This document shows, one piece after another, positions 1 through 15,400 of a stretch of DNA of 64,000 nucleotides. Each line of letters opens with the position of its first letter. The stretch's first letter is position 1. Both the position numbers and the translations under genes were made by a program. Source of the stretch: Pecten maximus (lineage: Eukaryota); assembly GCF_902652985.1 (NCBI RefSeq), contig NC_047015.1, positions 46,314,001 through 46,378,000 of the forward strand. The letters are read 5' to 3'. The notes under the pieces are model-generated. The model was not told where the DNA came from and made no database searches. It saw only the letters and a list, made by a program, of their open reading frames with translations.

Positions 1-1475
1 GACAGAGAGGCTGGTATGCCTGCAGGTCGTTCGTGTCACTGATTTAATCGTAGTATTACATCCGTTATATCAAAGACTGTTGCTTTTGTCATAACATGTA
101 TCACTGCTGCGATCCTCCCAGTGGTAATGATTGGCCACATTAGCCTGAGAGCACTGGAAGGTATCTAATTGGATCGTAGATTATATTTTAGTTTTGATGT
201 GTAGACAGATGATAGCCGACTAACTAAAGAACACCTTAGCGATCACCGCACATGAGGACGTTTAACAGTACGACATTTATCTGGAGGGATATTTTCTTTT
301 ATATCTAATTGTACTTCTTTAATTACACCGTAAACACTGGAAAGGCGAGTTGATCCAGTGATATACAGTCTGCTTCAAACCAAGAATAATGTTACTGTTT
401 CCCGGTATCCGGGGAACTCCCGACGAGATTCGGTACATGCTTCTGGTTGGGGATTATTTGTTGCTTTGTTTCAATAATTTTTTTCGAATACTGCTTAAAA
501 GTTAAATGTGTTTTAGCACATGATGCTTTATTTAGGTCACTTGAGTTTAAACATGAATGTAAGCACTTGTTAAAGTGTTACGCGCACTTTGCCGGTTTTT
601 TAAACATCCATATTTAAGCTTTATCTGAGTTGAACGCCTTTCTCATTTGAAATGTAACGAACATCGCTGCTAATTGTTATTTTGATATCAGGTCTTCAAA
701 GGTTAAGATTTGAAAGAATAAGAAGATAGAGATCCAATAGTCTATCGTTTTCGGTAATTACTGAGATATTATTCAACACAATGAACCCGTGGCGCTTTGC
801 AAGATCGACTGCTATCTTCAGTCGTGCGGCTTTTCAGCGAACACAGGAAGATCTTTTAGAGCACAAAAGAGCTGCCTTGAATGTTTTCTAGATAACACAT
901 GAACATAGTCCTATGTTGCTCAACAGACGACTTCTTGTCGAAAGTCTGATAGGTTATCGCAATACAGGGTAATAAAGACAGTTTAACATGTGTGTGTGGA
1001 CGTGCAAGCTACAGATAGCTTAATGTGGACAACATTGACACTTCGAGATTGTTTACGTGAGTTGTGATTATCAGTTATCTGCCCTTGACATTGAATATAG
1101 AAGTTCACGTTGGTCTTATAACTAGACGAAATACTGCAGACATTTGCAGACATCTGGTCTATTTTTAGAATAAACGTGCCTGGGTATATTGATATATAGT
1201 GCTGCTGTTTGCTGCATTTTAAGATGGAAGATATAGGTACTGTAAACGTGCTTAATTTGACACACTCAAAGTTAAGCACGAAACCAAATTAAAACAGATT
1301 AGCGGAATAATCAATTAGCACATCAACAGTGATTGCCATAGAAACCAATGTACATAAACAAGAATTAGCGCAATCATAACTTAGCGGAATGCTTACAGCG
1401 AGAAAAACGCTGAAATGAGACTTCCGCTAAAAGTGTACGCATCCTATTTGTTCTTAGAACGGTTAGGTAGCAGTG

Positions 1476-2105
1476 TACAGTAAAAATGGCCGATTCTGAA
1501 AAATATGGCACATGTTTTAGATATTTTAAACATTGCCAGTTAACCCTACATATTACCTCTAATAAAGTATATATATTTGTAATCTGTACAACATTTTCAA
1601 TTTTAATACAGCTCTGAAGGATAAGTAAACTTATATTTTCTGTGATTTTTAGAGCTGTGAATACCATGGTAACAGCTTAAAAAATGCTCAAAAATTGCAA
1701 AATATTATATTTGACCGAAAATGACACAATTCTCTACACAATTTTTTTTTCTGAAACCTATTTGAAATTAAATATCCCTATCTCAAAGACAGAATTAATC
1801 TTGTTTTGACATATGTTGTAAATTAAGTTTTCCTGCTATCTTACCTTTTCGGTGGGCTTCCATTTTACGCTGTAGGCAAAACTAAATTTCCTGTGTTAAC
1901 ACACTTTCGGAAAATCCGGAAATTTAAAATCCGGAACCAAATACTTGAATTTGGTTTTAACGAATGTGAAGCCTGTATGTACTACTTCATACTGAATATA
2001 ACAATTATAGTGTACATTTATTTTTTTCCATTTTTTATGCATATCATAATACAGGAGTTATTTGCTTAACAGAAAAATCGGCCATGGCCAGCCTGTCCTA
2101 CTGTA
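1476..2105. mobile_element. Degenerate MITE-like element (possibly Tc1/mariner-derived)
   Basis: Ends TA-CAGTA...TACTG-TA plus inverted ATGGCCGATT (1486) / AATCGGCCAT (2076); no coding capacity. Confidence 0.4.
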
Positions 2106-4105
2106 GTGTGCTTCCTTACGACTTACCCGACGTAAATCTTTCACTGCTGTAGTTACCCAATCAAGTTATAGATCTATTAATAAATACAGCAAATACAACT
2201 TAATTACACCGTTTACCGCGTACCCCGGCTACCCGGTCATAAATGAAATGAACCGTCAGGGCAAATGTGTTCAATTATAAATTATCATGTACTAACTATT
2301 ACCATATTTGTCTATACAAGCTAAATTATGCTTGTATATATATGACTGCGTATTGTAGAGTGTCCTCCTCCTGATACCTGTTGCCCATCGGTACATTTGC
2401 CTCCTACTTAACTCTCATTTGAGATTGTGATTAACCCGGATTTTACCTAGATTTCCAAACTTTACTTTCTCAAGAATCTTCTTGCAAATATATCGTTTAT
2501 ATCAATCCTTTGTTTCATTGATTTCGAATTTAAATTATGGTTTCGTTATCATGTTCGTATTCTTTGTTGTTTTTCTATATTGTGTCATCACTCAAGCGTT
2601 GTTGTCATCACATGTTCAATCAAATGTTTGCGAAGTCCACCTCGATGATAGCACCCCTAATTTTACGTGAAGAGTAAAAACGCCCCGACCTAAGGGTATT
2701 TCCTATTTGCTCATTATTCCACCCCAGTGAGATCGTTCACCTCGCCCATGTGTAATTACAATTCGGCCTTAACTGACACATTTGGTAATGAACAGGAAGT
2801 GACGTCGATTGCGGTCAATCCCGTAAATTTAGCCGACATACTTTCCTGGGAGTAGATATATTTCTTTCATAAACAATGTTGATTTCTAACTAAAATTGAT
2901 CGTATTGCTATATCATCAGTAAAGATTAATGTCCATGTTTTTGTGGCCGTTCTTTGTGATAACCGTACACGAGATTGAATGTACCAAAAGAGTCAAATGT
3001 ACTGAAATCCCTCTGTACAATCAGCGACCTTAATGTAAAATGAAATAAAACTAGCGATGGGATTGGGGGAGATCGGTTATCTGAGTGTCTGACAATTCAA
3101 GTTATCAACATTTACGAGACACGACAATCGAAGGCTGTAGAAGTGTTAAATGACCAAGTCAAAGAGTAAACACTCCCGATGTATCAGTACAAGGCATAGA
3201 CACCATCGAACGAACGACTGACACGAAACTGTCACCGTATCTAGAGAATTATATGTGTGAGTTTGTATCCGGTAAACATGTATGTAATCACCCAAACATC
3301 CTGCGTTATCCTACCATCGACAGCAAAGCCTGGTAATGGTTGGTGTGTCTGAGCTCATGTCTGGCTCTCTCAGACGTCAGTCAACATAAGTCGAGCCTGT
3401 TTTACAAACTCGGGACATATAATACTGAGTGGAGCTCTCACATACCCCACTCGGCTCTGTCAGATCCCATAACTTCATCTGCGAAACATCTCCCAGTAAA
3501 CAGCTTGGATATTTTAAACGCACAAAGTAGATAAAAACATATGTCTGGATTATTCGTCTTTGACATACCCTTCAAAACACCCAATGCAACGCAAAACGTT
3601 TGTGAGAAAAATATTACCTTGGTACATAAAAGAAAAACAGTTTCATTTATGATTTTGCAATAAAACAAAGTATATATAAGAATAAAAAGAGAAATTTATC
3701 ATTTTAAAAAAATCTTTACTAGTATATCATTGATAGATACAATACTTCATATATTTTTATCTATAGAAAACATTTCTGCGTTATAATTAAGTCATTAGGT
3801 TTGAATTTTGTATGCTGTTATATGAGAACTAGTCCATAGTTTTAATATTTTCTTTTCATTTGACTATTCAGAATATTGTTGAAATATAATTAGTCATACA
3901 AATTAATAGCATTTTCGAATCCTGAATTGTGCTTCAAATGATTATGCACATTAATTTCGATTCCAATATTGTCGACTAGTATCATATGCCTTCTACTATA
4001 GTGTGTCTTATTTAATATGCGCAAGCTACTGTTCTTTTCTTAATTCACCCTCCTTGGAAAATAGCAAATGGAAATCTGGATGAAATTGAACTGAACTAAC
4101 CAGAT

Positions 4106-4610
4106 TTATGTAACATTATATGACACGGTTGACTTATTGATGTTGTTTTGTTGACAGTTAAATTATGTAACATTATATGACACGGTTGACTTATTGATGT
4201 TGTTTTGTTGACAGTTAAATTATGTAACATTATATGACACGGTTGACTTATTGATGTTGTTTTGTTGACAGTTAAATTATGTAACATTATATGACACGGT
4301 TGACTTATTGATGTTGTTTTGTTGACAGTTAAATTATGTAACATTATATGACACGGTTGACTTATTGATGTTGTTTTGTTGACAGTTAAATTATGTAACA
4401 TTATATGACACGGTTGACTTATTGATGTTGTTTTGTTGACAGTTAACATTTTGTAACATTATATGACACGGTTGACTTATTGATGTTGTTTTGTTGACAG
4501 TTAACATTTTGTAACATTATATGACACGGTTGACTTATTGATGCTGTTTTTGTCGACAGTTTACATGCTATTGACACAATTGATTTATTGTTGTTTTTCG
4601 TTGACAGTTT
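4106..4610 (+). repeat. 57-bp minisatellite (about 9 units) built from the splice acceptor of the following exon
   Basis: Unit ttatgtaacattatatgacacggttgacttattgatgttgttttgttgacagttaaa; GACAG ends at 4157, 4214, 4271, 4328, 4385, 4442, 4500, 4559 and 4607 (the last is the real acceptor). Confidence 0.95.
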
Positions 4611-4754
4611 ATGTCATGTTGGGCCAGTTCTACGACTTTATTGGTCTGATGGATCATCTGTATGACCGCGGCCTACTGGACACCGGTGAATACTACGTCG
4701 TTGGGGTCATTCTCGGTCAGTACGACCAGACCGACCCACAGCGAATCATCAAAG
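4608..4754 (+). CDS. Receptor GC exon, extracellular domain
   Basis: ag|TT TAT..AAA G|gttagc; (V)[48 protein letters not shown]; phase 1-1. Confidence 0.88.
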
Positions 4755-7700
4755 GTTAGCATTACACGGAATTAGCCCTTGAAGAGCAAACATGTTTTGT
4801 ATTCATTATTAAGAAAGAATGTGTTGGGTCAATATGCAGAAACTAGCCACGGGAATGCTACATACATTGCCTGGACATAGTAATTTTAATGTATGATAAT
4901 TATGTTCGAATTAAATCCGTGTCGAGAATTGATGAAAATCATCTGTATTGGGTCGAAAATAAACTTCAAAGGGATGTTATATATCGAACACAAAAATGTA
5001 ATCCGTTCATAAAAAATGCTTGAATGACTTGAAATGCTGTTATAGAAATATTTGAAACGATGTTGTGCCTTAACGAGACTGTATGTGTTAGCATCAATTT
5101 TGTTAATATTCACTTATACATTGTATAAGTAACCGTTTTCGATGAAAAGTGAAATGAGTTGAATTAGCGGGATGATAAACCTTATAGGAAATACATAAGG
5201 AAAACCCTGTTAACCCTCTGGAGTACGTGGATATCATAAAGGTCACTTCGTCGTGGGATTATCACTATATACCCTCTGTTGCACATTACACTGTCAGGGT
5301 AGTATGATAAGGTAAATGCATTCTTTTTACGAGATCTTTTAGGACATGATTTCTTTGAAACATAAATCAGTCTTTTTCACGCTGTATTGAATTCGGCTTA
5401 TCGTACTGTTAGTATGCGGTAGCGTAGAACGAAATTTCTAGACTTCCGGAATCAATGTTTGGTTGTTCCTTGAATACCTCCCTTCCTTGAAAGCTTTTTA
5501 TCATCACGGCATTTTTCTCTATTAAACACTAGTATCATTCAGCGTTGTCGTATGATACGGTTTATGTTTTGCATAGATATTGGTTAAGAAGTAACAATGA
5601 GTTAATATGGTGTTAAATCTAAGTCTAGGATATCGTTTCAGACCTAATGGGCCATATAACCTTCTCCTTTGTTTTTCTTAAGGGAATCGATACTGTATAA
5701 TAACGTCTCGTTAGCTTCATGCAGGTCATAGTATTTTGAATACTTCACCAAGTATCGTAGTTGTTGAAGAGATTTATTTCAATTGCCAAGATTACCTTAC
5801 TTTAACAAAGCTGATTTTGTGGCATGAAATCTCGAATGGCTTTTCGCGCGAAGTTTTGTTGTGGGAAATAAAGGGATAATTGTCTGTATGATTTGAATAG
5901 ATATACGTTTGTGTTTTCAAATGACATTTCCATAGATTTCAAGAGGCAGATTTATTTAATATAATGGGGAATGTTTTAGGATTACCTTTAAGGTCTTATT
6001 TAGAAATATTCGTTTTCAGATTTTCCCATAACGTTCGAGGATAATAATTCTCTGTTTTGCATCCCGATCCCTACCACAATGTAACGAGCTGTAGGAATGT
6101 CTTTTATTTCCTCATTGAATTATTTCAAAGGTTGCCATGACATTTTTATATATCATGTTTTTTTCTTAGTTTCATTTTCAGACTTTTGTTTATATTCCAC
6201 TTCCAAGTTTGTCAAAATGCACTCCATGATATCTAGTTTGGTTTTCTCAACGATGCAGGACGTAGTTGTAATATGAATGATTTTATTGGTGCCAGAAGCT
6301 GAATTTAGTCTATATCTTAACTCAACATAACTTAACTTAACATTTTAACGGGTACATCGTTATAAACATCAATTAACTCAATCATTAATGGAGTAAACCT
6401 AAAAGAAGGCAGCTCTTAACAAAACTTTTACTTGGGAAATGGAGTATTATGGGTTGTTAAATATTGCATTTCAAATGACACAATTATGTTTGAATCTTTT
6501 ACAGGTATCTTCTCTAGCAATGTATCAATGTCGAGTGTAATGGCCTTTCGATACTTCATTGGCGTGCTCCAGTCTCCCCCAGTATACGAGGACTACATGG
6601 AGTTCTCCGAAAAGGTCAACCACTACCTTGAGTTGCCGCCTTTTAATTATGTCAACCCGTTGAAGAACTACACCCTTAAAATAGTAAGTTATAATTTTCG
6701 TCGTTTTTTTTTTAAATGGTTTAGAGATTGGCGTTTTTTGCATATAATAAATTTAAATATTGACGTGCATAACAACGACAATGAACCGGAAACGGGACCG
6801 ATCTTTTAACGACAGTATATATAGTAAACGGAACTGGAATCTAGGTTTCCGGTTTATATAGTAAACGGAACCGGAAGACAGGCATTCGGTTTATATAATA
6901 AACGCATCCGGAAGACAGGCCTTCGGTTTATATACATTGTAGTAAACGGATCCGGAATCTATGCCTACCGTTTATATGGTAAACATTTATGGAATCGAGG
7001 CTTTCGGTTTATAAAGAAACATACATTTTTATATGGAATCGAGGCTTTCAATTAAATAAAGTAAACGGAACTGGAATATAGGTCTTCGGTTTATGGAGTA
7101 AACGGAACTGGAATATAGGTTTCGGTTTACATACTAGTAGTTCATTTACTGCATTATATCACCTTTAATCTTTCTGAGGAAAGCAAAGTTCAAAAATGAA
7201 AAAAAAAAAGAAAAAAATGAAAATTGTAACAAATCAAATTTAAATTTGCAGCGAACATGCCTTTTGGAAGTCAGAAATTGAAAATGTTCCTCTTGAAATG
7301 ATGTTTTAAATTAAACTGCCATTCCACACCAATTGAGATAAAAGTCTAAACAACCGATAAGAGTCTGAAAATAACGTATTCATATAAACTACAGGACATA
7401 GATTTCGCAAAGTGCTGAGTTCCTTTAAGGTATCATCACCTATCACTAATTATCTAAGAAATTTACTGTATTAGACTTTTTTTGTTATTGATTATTATGT
7501 CTTGAAATCCAATATTAATATATATATATATATATATATATAATGCAATGATGTGATCGCACACCGTTGGAATGAAATTTCTTGTACAGTAGCACCTCCC
7601 CATGTAGATATTCACATTTCGTTTGACCTATTTTAGTCGACCCTAGGTACGTTGTATCAACACTTAGGGCCCTTAGCATCACTGACGAGTCCTAGAAGGT

Positions 7701-10700
7701 CAACGATTTGTATGATGTAGCTTGATGTTTTCTTGATTCTTTCATACTATTTTTAAAGCTTGAGAAGCAATTGATACTTAATGTGATTTAATAATAGATA
7801 TCGATGATATAATCACCATAACGCTTATATATCTGAAAACAATGAACAATATTAAAGCACGTTTATATTGAGAGTTTAATATTGAGATTCCTATGCATAT
7901 ATATATATATAGCAGATACAGACCCTACACAGAGGCAGCGATTCTGTCCTCTGTTACTTGTCAATACACAAGGATAAGTCTGTCATCTGTCGATGGTCAA
8001 GTGTAAGGGAACGGCCACAAATGTAGACCTTACAAAAGAACGGTGTAGATACGTCATGTGTCGCGCGCTCGTGGAGCCTCCTGAGACAAATAATGTTACG
8101 GGATCGACTTTTCGTGACCCGCCAAATAATGACCATGTACAGTATATTCACCGATTGTACGCTAGAATCGAATTGATTGAAACCAAAAGTGACTACTTCC
8201 TAATGTCTCGCACGTATAGCGTGGCTGTACCGCTTTTCTAATTATCCGATGCCCCACCAGTTGCAATTTCAATGTGAATAGGCCTCTTGTGTCAACCGTG
8301 GTAAAATCCTTCCCCGACGTATAATATAAGCTAGCTCAACAACACTCTAGCATACAAATTAAGCAATATTGCGTCAATGTGAAAACTAACACAGACAATG
8401 ATCTTGTATATCTATTTCATGACATTAGGTCATTACTGTTGTAAATACTCATTATATATTATGCGGCATACTGATATGACGGACTAAGTAGACAATGGTG
8501 GAGTATGCTTATTGTCATTTTTTTTTTATCTTTGTTTCTGCAATTAACTCAGCAACAACTATGACATAACGTGTAATTATAAATTTCTGTAATCATTTCA
8601 TATTAACATGATCATCTAGAGTGAATTTTACAGAATAGATTTTGAAGCAGTACAGTGTTGTTGTTTTTTTGTTTTGTTTTTATTGATATATATAATCGAT
8701 ATATACATACAGATATCCTTAAAGATGAGGGTCACATTTTGCGTGACGCATTTATTGTCTTTGATGTTAAAAACAAAAGTGATGTTGGTACACCAGTCGC
8801 AAGGGATGAAAACCATTATTAGTGTGTCTTAACGAGAAAATTGTTCAGATCTCTTATGCGAATCATTATGTACAGCATTTTTTGAAGCAGAAAACATCAG
8901 ATAATCATTATTATCGTTTAATGAAAAAATGTACCTTGATAACAGTGTCATCAAACCGTGGACCAGTACTCACTTGTTTGGAGACATATTCTTTAGCACA
9001 CCCTTTGACAATAAGTATTCTGATAGATTGGAATTTTTTCTTCAAGTCAATACACCATCCTGGTCATCTGTACCAAGGTCATAATTATGATATATGTCGT
9101 GGTTATTGATATGTACTGGTCCGAAACTGAGCAAACGCCATTAATAATACAGTGATTTTGTGTTTCGGTCTTTGTGTTGTAGACCCTTAGTTATATATAC
9201 TTTGATTAGCCTGTCATTTGTAATAGTGTATCGCACTAAATGTTGCTTGGAACATCTTTTCTTATCAGTGGTTCTTTTGAGCGATAACAGCGGTAGCATG
9301 TCTGTATTTGACTGTCACCAAACAGAAAATCACGCGCTTAGACAAGCTTAATTGTAACTCTGTATTATAAATCCCATCACGTCAAAACCAAACAATTGTG
9401 AATGATACGATTCCCAACACGTCGGATGTGAGAAATATTTCTCTCTGAATCCCGACATTCATACCATAAATTGTTGGGTCCTTTGTAATGAAAACTGAAC
9501 CACCATAGAACATGATTTGTACGATTTGGACACACAACCTCTCATATTTCAAATACTTTTTATTTTAATGGAGAAGTAATTTGATTTTTACGGAGAAGTG
9601 ATTACTTTTAATGGAGAAGTAATTTAATTTTAATGAAGATAAAGAAAATGAGATTGAATAATGCATTGACTGAATGTGTTTTCTTAGAATATGCAATTTA
9701 TTTTATATGAGACACATTGTTATGGTATAAGGCGTCATTTTTGTGGATTTGTCTTTAATCATTTGAAGTAGAATATCATACTGGAATTGCAGCACGGCTT
9801 TGGAAAATATCATTCAATAACTATATGCAAAAACTACGTGTTGTTCCAGATTCCACCGGAAGCAGCATTTCTGTATGACGCAGTGTGGTTATATGCGCGA
9901 GCTGTCCATGAGGTCTTGACCGAAGGGGGTGATCCTAAAGATGGCACATTGGTAGCGTCAAAGCTGAAATTTAAAACCTACAAAAGTAAGCGGTGAGATA
10001 CAATGGATACCAAATGCAATATCAAACTCGCTGAAATATGTTTCCTTCGCCAAAACTGTACCATTGGACTACTTTTTGGTGTCTTGAAATTGTGTCGGTA
10101 AAAATGCCAGCTCGAACAGTAACTCTGACGCCCGACCTTAATTGGATTTCTTTGGTAATTCTATTTTTCATGTTCGTCTAATGGTCGATATTGTCATATC
10201 AAGTTACTGAAAAAACAATATGATATGACGGTGAAGTGGATCACCATATTGCATCGACGTGTTCAGGTTTTTTTTTATCGTGCTATCGAATCAAATCATC
10301 CTTTGTGTTTATGTTAACTCATTATTGACATATTTGGGTTATTCTGAAATGTCACTTTGCCGCTTAATGAACGCTACACGTATCGTGCATTCGAAATGCC
10401 AGCATTAGATATTGTGCTATATTTCGGGAGGAAGTTAATGCTACGTCAGTGGAATACAGATTTTGAAAGGCCTTTTGATATTTGCACATTAATTTGGAAA
10501 ATGTATATGTAATATGTATTCATTATGAGGAATTCAATGATGTCTTCAATGATCATTTCGACTCATTAGAGTTATACTTTAACTACAAGAATCAACGTTT
10601 TTAGAGTGTTAATTTCATGGTGACTTAAACTCGTATCGCAGTTTTTCTCTTTAAATTCTCAAGAATATCGTTTGCAGTTTGTATACAGATTATTATATTA

Positions 10701-12395
10701 AGGAGCATCAGCCATTCCCGGAATACATATTTTGTTTACGTGCTTAGAATATTCAAAGACAACTAAAGTTTACAACTGTACCAAAATCTAGGCCAATCAT
10801 TTCCCCTTAATTTAGTCCCGCCTTGCAATTGATCTGGCATCATCAATATCAATATGTAATAACGTACACGTGTGATGATGAGTCCTATTGTATCATCCAC
10901 TTATTGACGTCTTCGAAGTAAGGAATTTTGCCATAATTATGATATATTCTAAGCCTATCTAAATTATATGCATATTTGGAGTAGACTTTGGCATTCTGAT
11001 ATAAAATGGATACGCGTTCCGTTACAAACTAATATTTTTTTACTTAAATTTGTTTGACATCATTTTAAAACTCTTTTGGATTCTACATTATCATTTGACC
11101 CTACAGGTGCCATGGGATACGAAAACAGCATAAACTCTAATGGGGATGCCACGGGCAATTTCTCCCTGATCGCCCGGAAGTCCGTTCAGGTGGATAACAA
11201 GACAGTCTGGCATCTCAGTCCAATCGGTGTATTTCAGCTGCACGAGAATTTCTCCGAACTTCCGGTAGGTAGGGCGAGATACATATAGTAAACAACGAGT
11301 TTTCTATTGTTTATCAGAAATCTATACTTATCAAACTTATTGATATTATTAAAGTTACACTAGAGTAGGAAGGCAAATAAAATAAACATAAGATTTTAAA
11401 AATAATTGTTGTTGTTGTTGTTGACGCTGCTGTTATGCGTCGCAAAGTATCTATTAGCTGTAATGGATTTGATGTAAAGAAATGTTGTTTTTTGTATGTT
11501 TACCCGGGGTCATTCACACTCAGGCATAACAAGAACTAAATGTAATCAGACAAAAGGTCTTACAGATGATGACTGGAAATGGTATACGGAATCCTAATAA
11601 TGAGACAAAAAACAAGCTAACTTTGATATAAAATCCTTTTACAAACATGACAGGATGTCATTCAGGCGTTGCTTACAGCATTTGGCATGCCATGTTTCAA
11701 GACGGATCAATTCCATATCACAATGAAGTAAATCTGGATAACATATTATAGGGAATTAATTATACTTCACAAATTGGAATCCCTGAAACATGTTCATGCT
11801 CAAATAGCAGTGCATACACAAGTACATTATACTACATATGTAATATGTATTAATATATATTCGCCCTTTCTATTCTCCAAAGTTTCCTTTAGGGTGTAAT
11901 TAATTCCTTACATTGTGTGATGCCATACGCTCCTATAACTACCGAACGTTATTGTTTGACAGGAGTTTCGATTGTATGATGGAGAATCGTTTGACTGGCC
12001 GTACGGGAAGGTCCCAGTAGATGAACCGGCTTGTGGATTTCGCCGGGAGAAATGCATCAGACCGAAAAGTAAGCCCGTCCTTCCTCTTTAGCTTTTAACA
12101 ATGAGGCTGTGAAGCGATGTGAATGTCCGCTCTTTAGTCGCGAGGTTCCACGCGACTTCCAGAAACATATTATTCATTGTTAGCAGACATTTAGCTCATT
12201 TAGATCATAACGACGTGTTCGTGTTGTGCATGCACGATTGTGTCGCGACATCACTGAGAGTTTACGCCACAACCTCGTACCGCTCCTTTAAAAAGACAAG
12301 AATGGTTTAATGAAAAATACATATCTTTCCCTTTCTTTCCTTTTTGGGGGGAGTGGTGTGTGTGTGTGTGTGGTGTGTGTGTGTGTGTGTGTGTG

Positions 12396-12426
<31 letters not shown>

Positions 12427-15400
12427 GGGTGGGGTGGTGTTATATATATATCATCTTCTTGGCCATACCTACCCCTGACTGATGTGATAGTTGTTATGAA
12501 GTATATTAAACGAGCACACGTTTTGGACATCTGACAAGGCACGTATGCAAAAAATAAAATTCAGTCTGTCAATAAAGCCGATATAACACACAGATTTTAT
12601 TAACTAATGACTGACATGAACAGAAGTCATCGTCACCACGTCCAATGTTAAGATTCCATAGGTCCATATTTTATATTATTCTAAACAAACAGTCAAACTT
12701 GTCAAGGGAGTTGAACGACCAAAGGTCAAAATCACCAAGTTAAAGGTCAAAGGTCCAAATTATAATTTTGGGGAATCAAATGAAACTACAAAGCTTTGAA
12801 AAAGTTGCTGTTCTTTTAAATGTATCAAGTATCCTTAATTCAATCAATGGGTTCAAATTAGTGGGTTAATGTTCTTACTTTCAAGAGGGGACGCGGTGGC
12901 CGAGTTGCTAAGGTTGCCCTCCTCCTCTGGGTCGCGAGTTTGAAACCCACGTGGGACTACCCGTAGGCCGGTGGTTTTTCTCCGGATACTCCGGCTTCCC
13001 TCCATCTCCAAAACCTAGCACGTCCTCAAATGACTGTTGCTGTTAATCGGACATTAAATAAAACAAACCAATCTTACTTTCATACTTTACGTTAGCCCCC
13101 GTATCACGAGTCATAGGATGACAAAACAACACTCGCAATGGCATGTTAATATGATGTGTTATTCAATTGTGTGTCTTTTTTACAGAGTTATTAGTGATAG
13201 AGTTGGTTTTAGGCTTTTATTAAATTGATACCACATTAACGACTTAATGCTTTTAATACTTGTGAGGTAATTGTGTTAGTTCGTTTATAATGTAGCTACA
13301 AAGAGGAGTTACATTGTTATCTTGCACAAGCATTATCTAGAGTTATACAAGAAATTCAATCAGTATGAGTGTATGAGAGTATAAACTTGTTATATATATA
13401 CGTTGACGTTTATGTTCTGAATACCTTCGTAGTCCTGCTTTGTTTACACCAAGGAATCTGCCCAACATTATCGGATATCTGTTTGGAGGTGTTAAACAGT
13501 AAAAACAAAAATCAAATAGAAGAATTTGAAAAATGATACTTTTATCACAAGAAAATATGATTATGTATACGCCTCGAGGAATTGTCATATGGTATATACA
13601 TTTATTATCTGTAGATATGGTGCTGACAGAGAACTAATTTTCCTGTCTATTTCGGGGGACGGGAAGGTCTTGTCAACCTACGTTTGATGGATGACAGGAT
13701 TACGTGTGTTCACTGTCTTATTTTCTGTCAGTAAACCACATAGTCGGACGATTATTCCTAGAAATAAATATGCTATGTTTTGTCCCCACAATTGGTAATT
13801 CCAAGAAGTCTTGCAAAGAAAACTACGCGTATTATATATAATAGAAAAAACTAATTGAATCTTTGTCTCTGTCAAGCTCTCGACACGATATATCCCTCAT
13901 TTATCACTGGTCTGTCCATGTCACGTGTTAATGTCGTGCTAGAGAACGGAACTCTTTGATGTACTCTTAAATGCCTCTATTGACTGTATATTGACTTCTT
14001 ATTCTGTTTCCTTATAGGCTACACTACTGAAATCCTGTTTGGTGTGGCGGGCGGTATTCTGTTGGTCGTCATCATAATAAGTATTCTTATATACAGGTAT
14101 GTTGTTCATAAGTGATACGCTATTTACAATAGAACCAGTCATATATTAATGCCAATAAAGTGCATATTCAATCTAAACCATATTTGTAAAAGCAGCAAAC
14201 AGTTTATCCATTTATTGTTTTATGAAAATCAACATTTAAAAAAAATCTAATTGAATCGTTTGTTTCATACCGACCTTTTATCAAAGTTTTGTAGCACACA
14301 GGTAGGAAACTGTCCTTATCAGCTTTGGCGACTTAAGGGGAATTTGTAGCAGAGGATGAGGGTTAACAAAGATTTTTCACGTTATTACAGAAAGCGATCA
14401 TAAATACAATGTAAATGATGATTAGAAATTGTCGTGGGGATATCAAAAGTCTAGCTGAACTGTGCATCCTTCTGCATGTGAACTGGTATAACGAAATTAA
14501 TCAGTGAATGTGTTTTCGATCTTACAGCGTCAATATCTAAAAGTAACTCATTAACCGTTGTTACGACAAATAGATGTTAATTGCTATCATCAAATCATTA
14601 TAACTTTCACGTCAAAGACACAAACACTTGATGCGTCAAATATTTTATCATATTACATAATAAACCGTGTGAATGAATGACCCCCTCTTAGCAGCAACAT
14701 CAGTTTATCGATATAAACTTGTGTCACTTCTCTGTTAGCAGCACTGAAAAGAAGGTTCCAATAATGCCTGAACTTATTATATTGCATCAAGATTCAGCGT
14801 GTATAAACGGCGTGTCGTAACAAACGCCATTGTGTCTATAATTCTCTTTGATATCCAAAAGGACGGGGTTCTTCTTACTCTTAACTAAGCAATTATAATG
14901 CTGTGCATGTGGTCTGTCTTCAGAAATCTTAATGACGCCTTTCATTATAAGACTGAACACGAGCGCTCGTGTCATGTCTCTTAATTTGATCAATTAGGAC
15001 GCGCTGTCATTATGGCCCCTTTGTATCATGTCGTGCAGATTTGTGAAAAGAATATATTCGCTGCACCCCTGATCGCTCTCAACGAAGGCGCCCAATGTGG
15101 GTCCTACAAAAGCCGGAATTTTTGTTTGTTATCCAAGAATAGACTTACACCTATTGTATCCCTCTACCATAGTTCAAGGGTTTCTTCACAGAGACCACAG
15201 TCATATTTGACCAGGTTATAATTCGAATCCACATATACACTGTTTGCCACATCAATATACATAGATTAGAGCGTAGACGAAAAAGACTCGTTCATTGGTT
15301 CACATTCTCGTACACTTAGTACCTCTGTATACATTGCTGCACTGATCATTTGATTACGGTGACAGTGTTTATTCACCGAAACAACACTCTCTATTTCTAC

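Noticed and set aside
1-4100. Upstream GC exons or promoter
   Set aside because: No exon with convincing splice sites and receptor-GC similarity was found; treated as intron.
4096-4449. 117-aa minus-strand repeat ORF; likewise 38970-39317, 55982-56386 and the ORFs over the (GT)n and (CTTC)n tracts
   Set aside because: Translations of tandem repeats or microsatellites.
12884-12955. tRNA genes (also 16040-16075, 49052-49117, 58760-58830)
   Set aside because: A/B boxes are present but there is no complete cloverleaf; where legible they continue into SINE cores.
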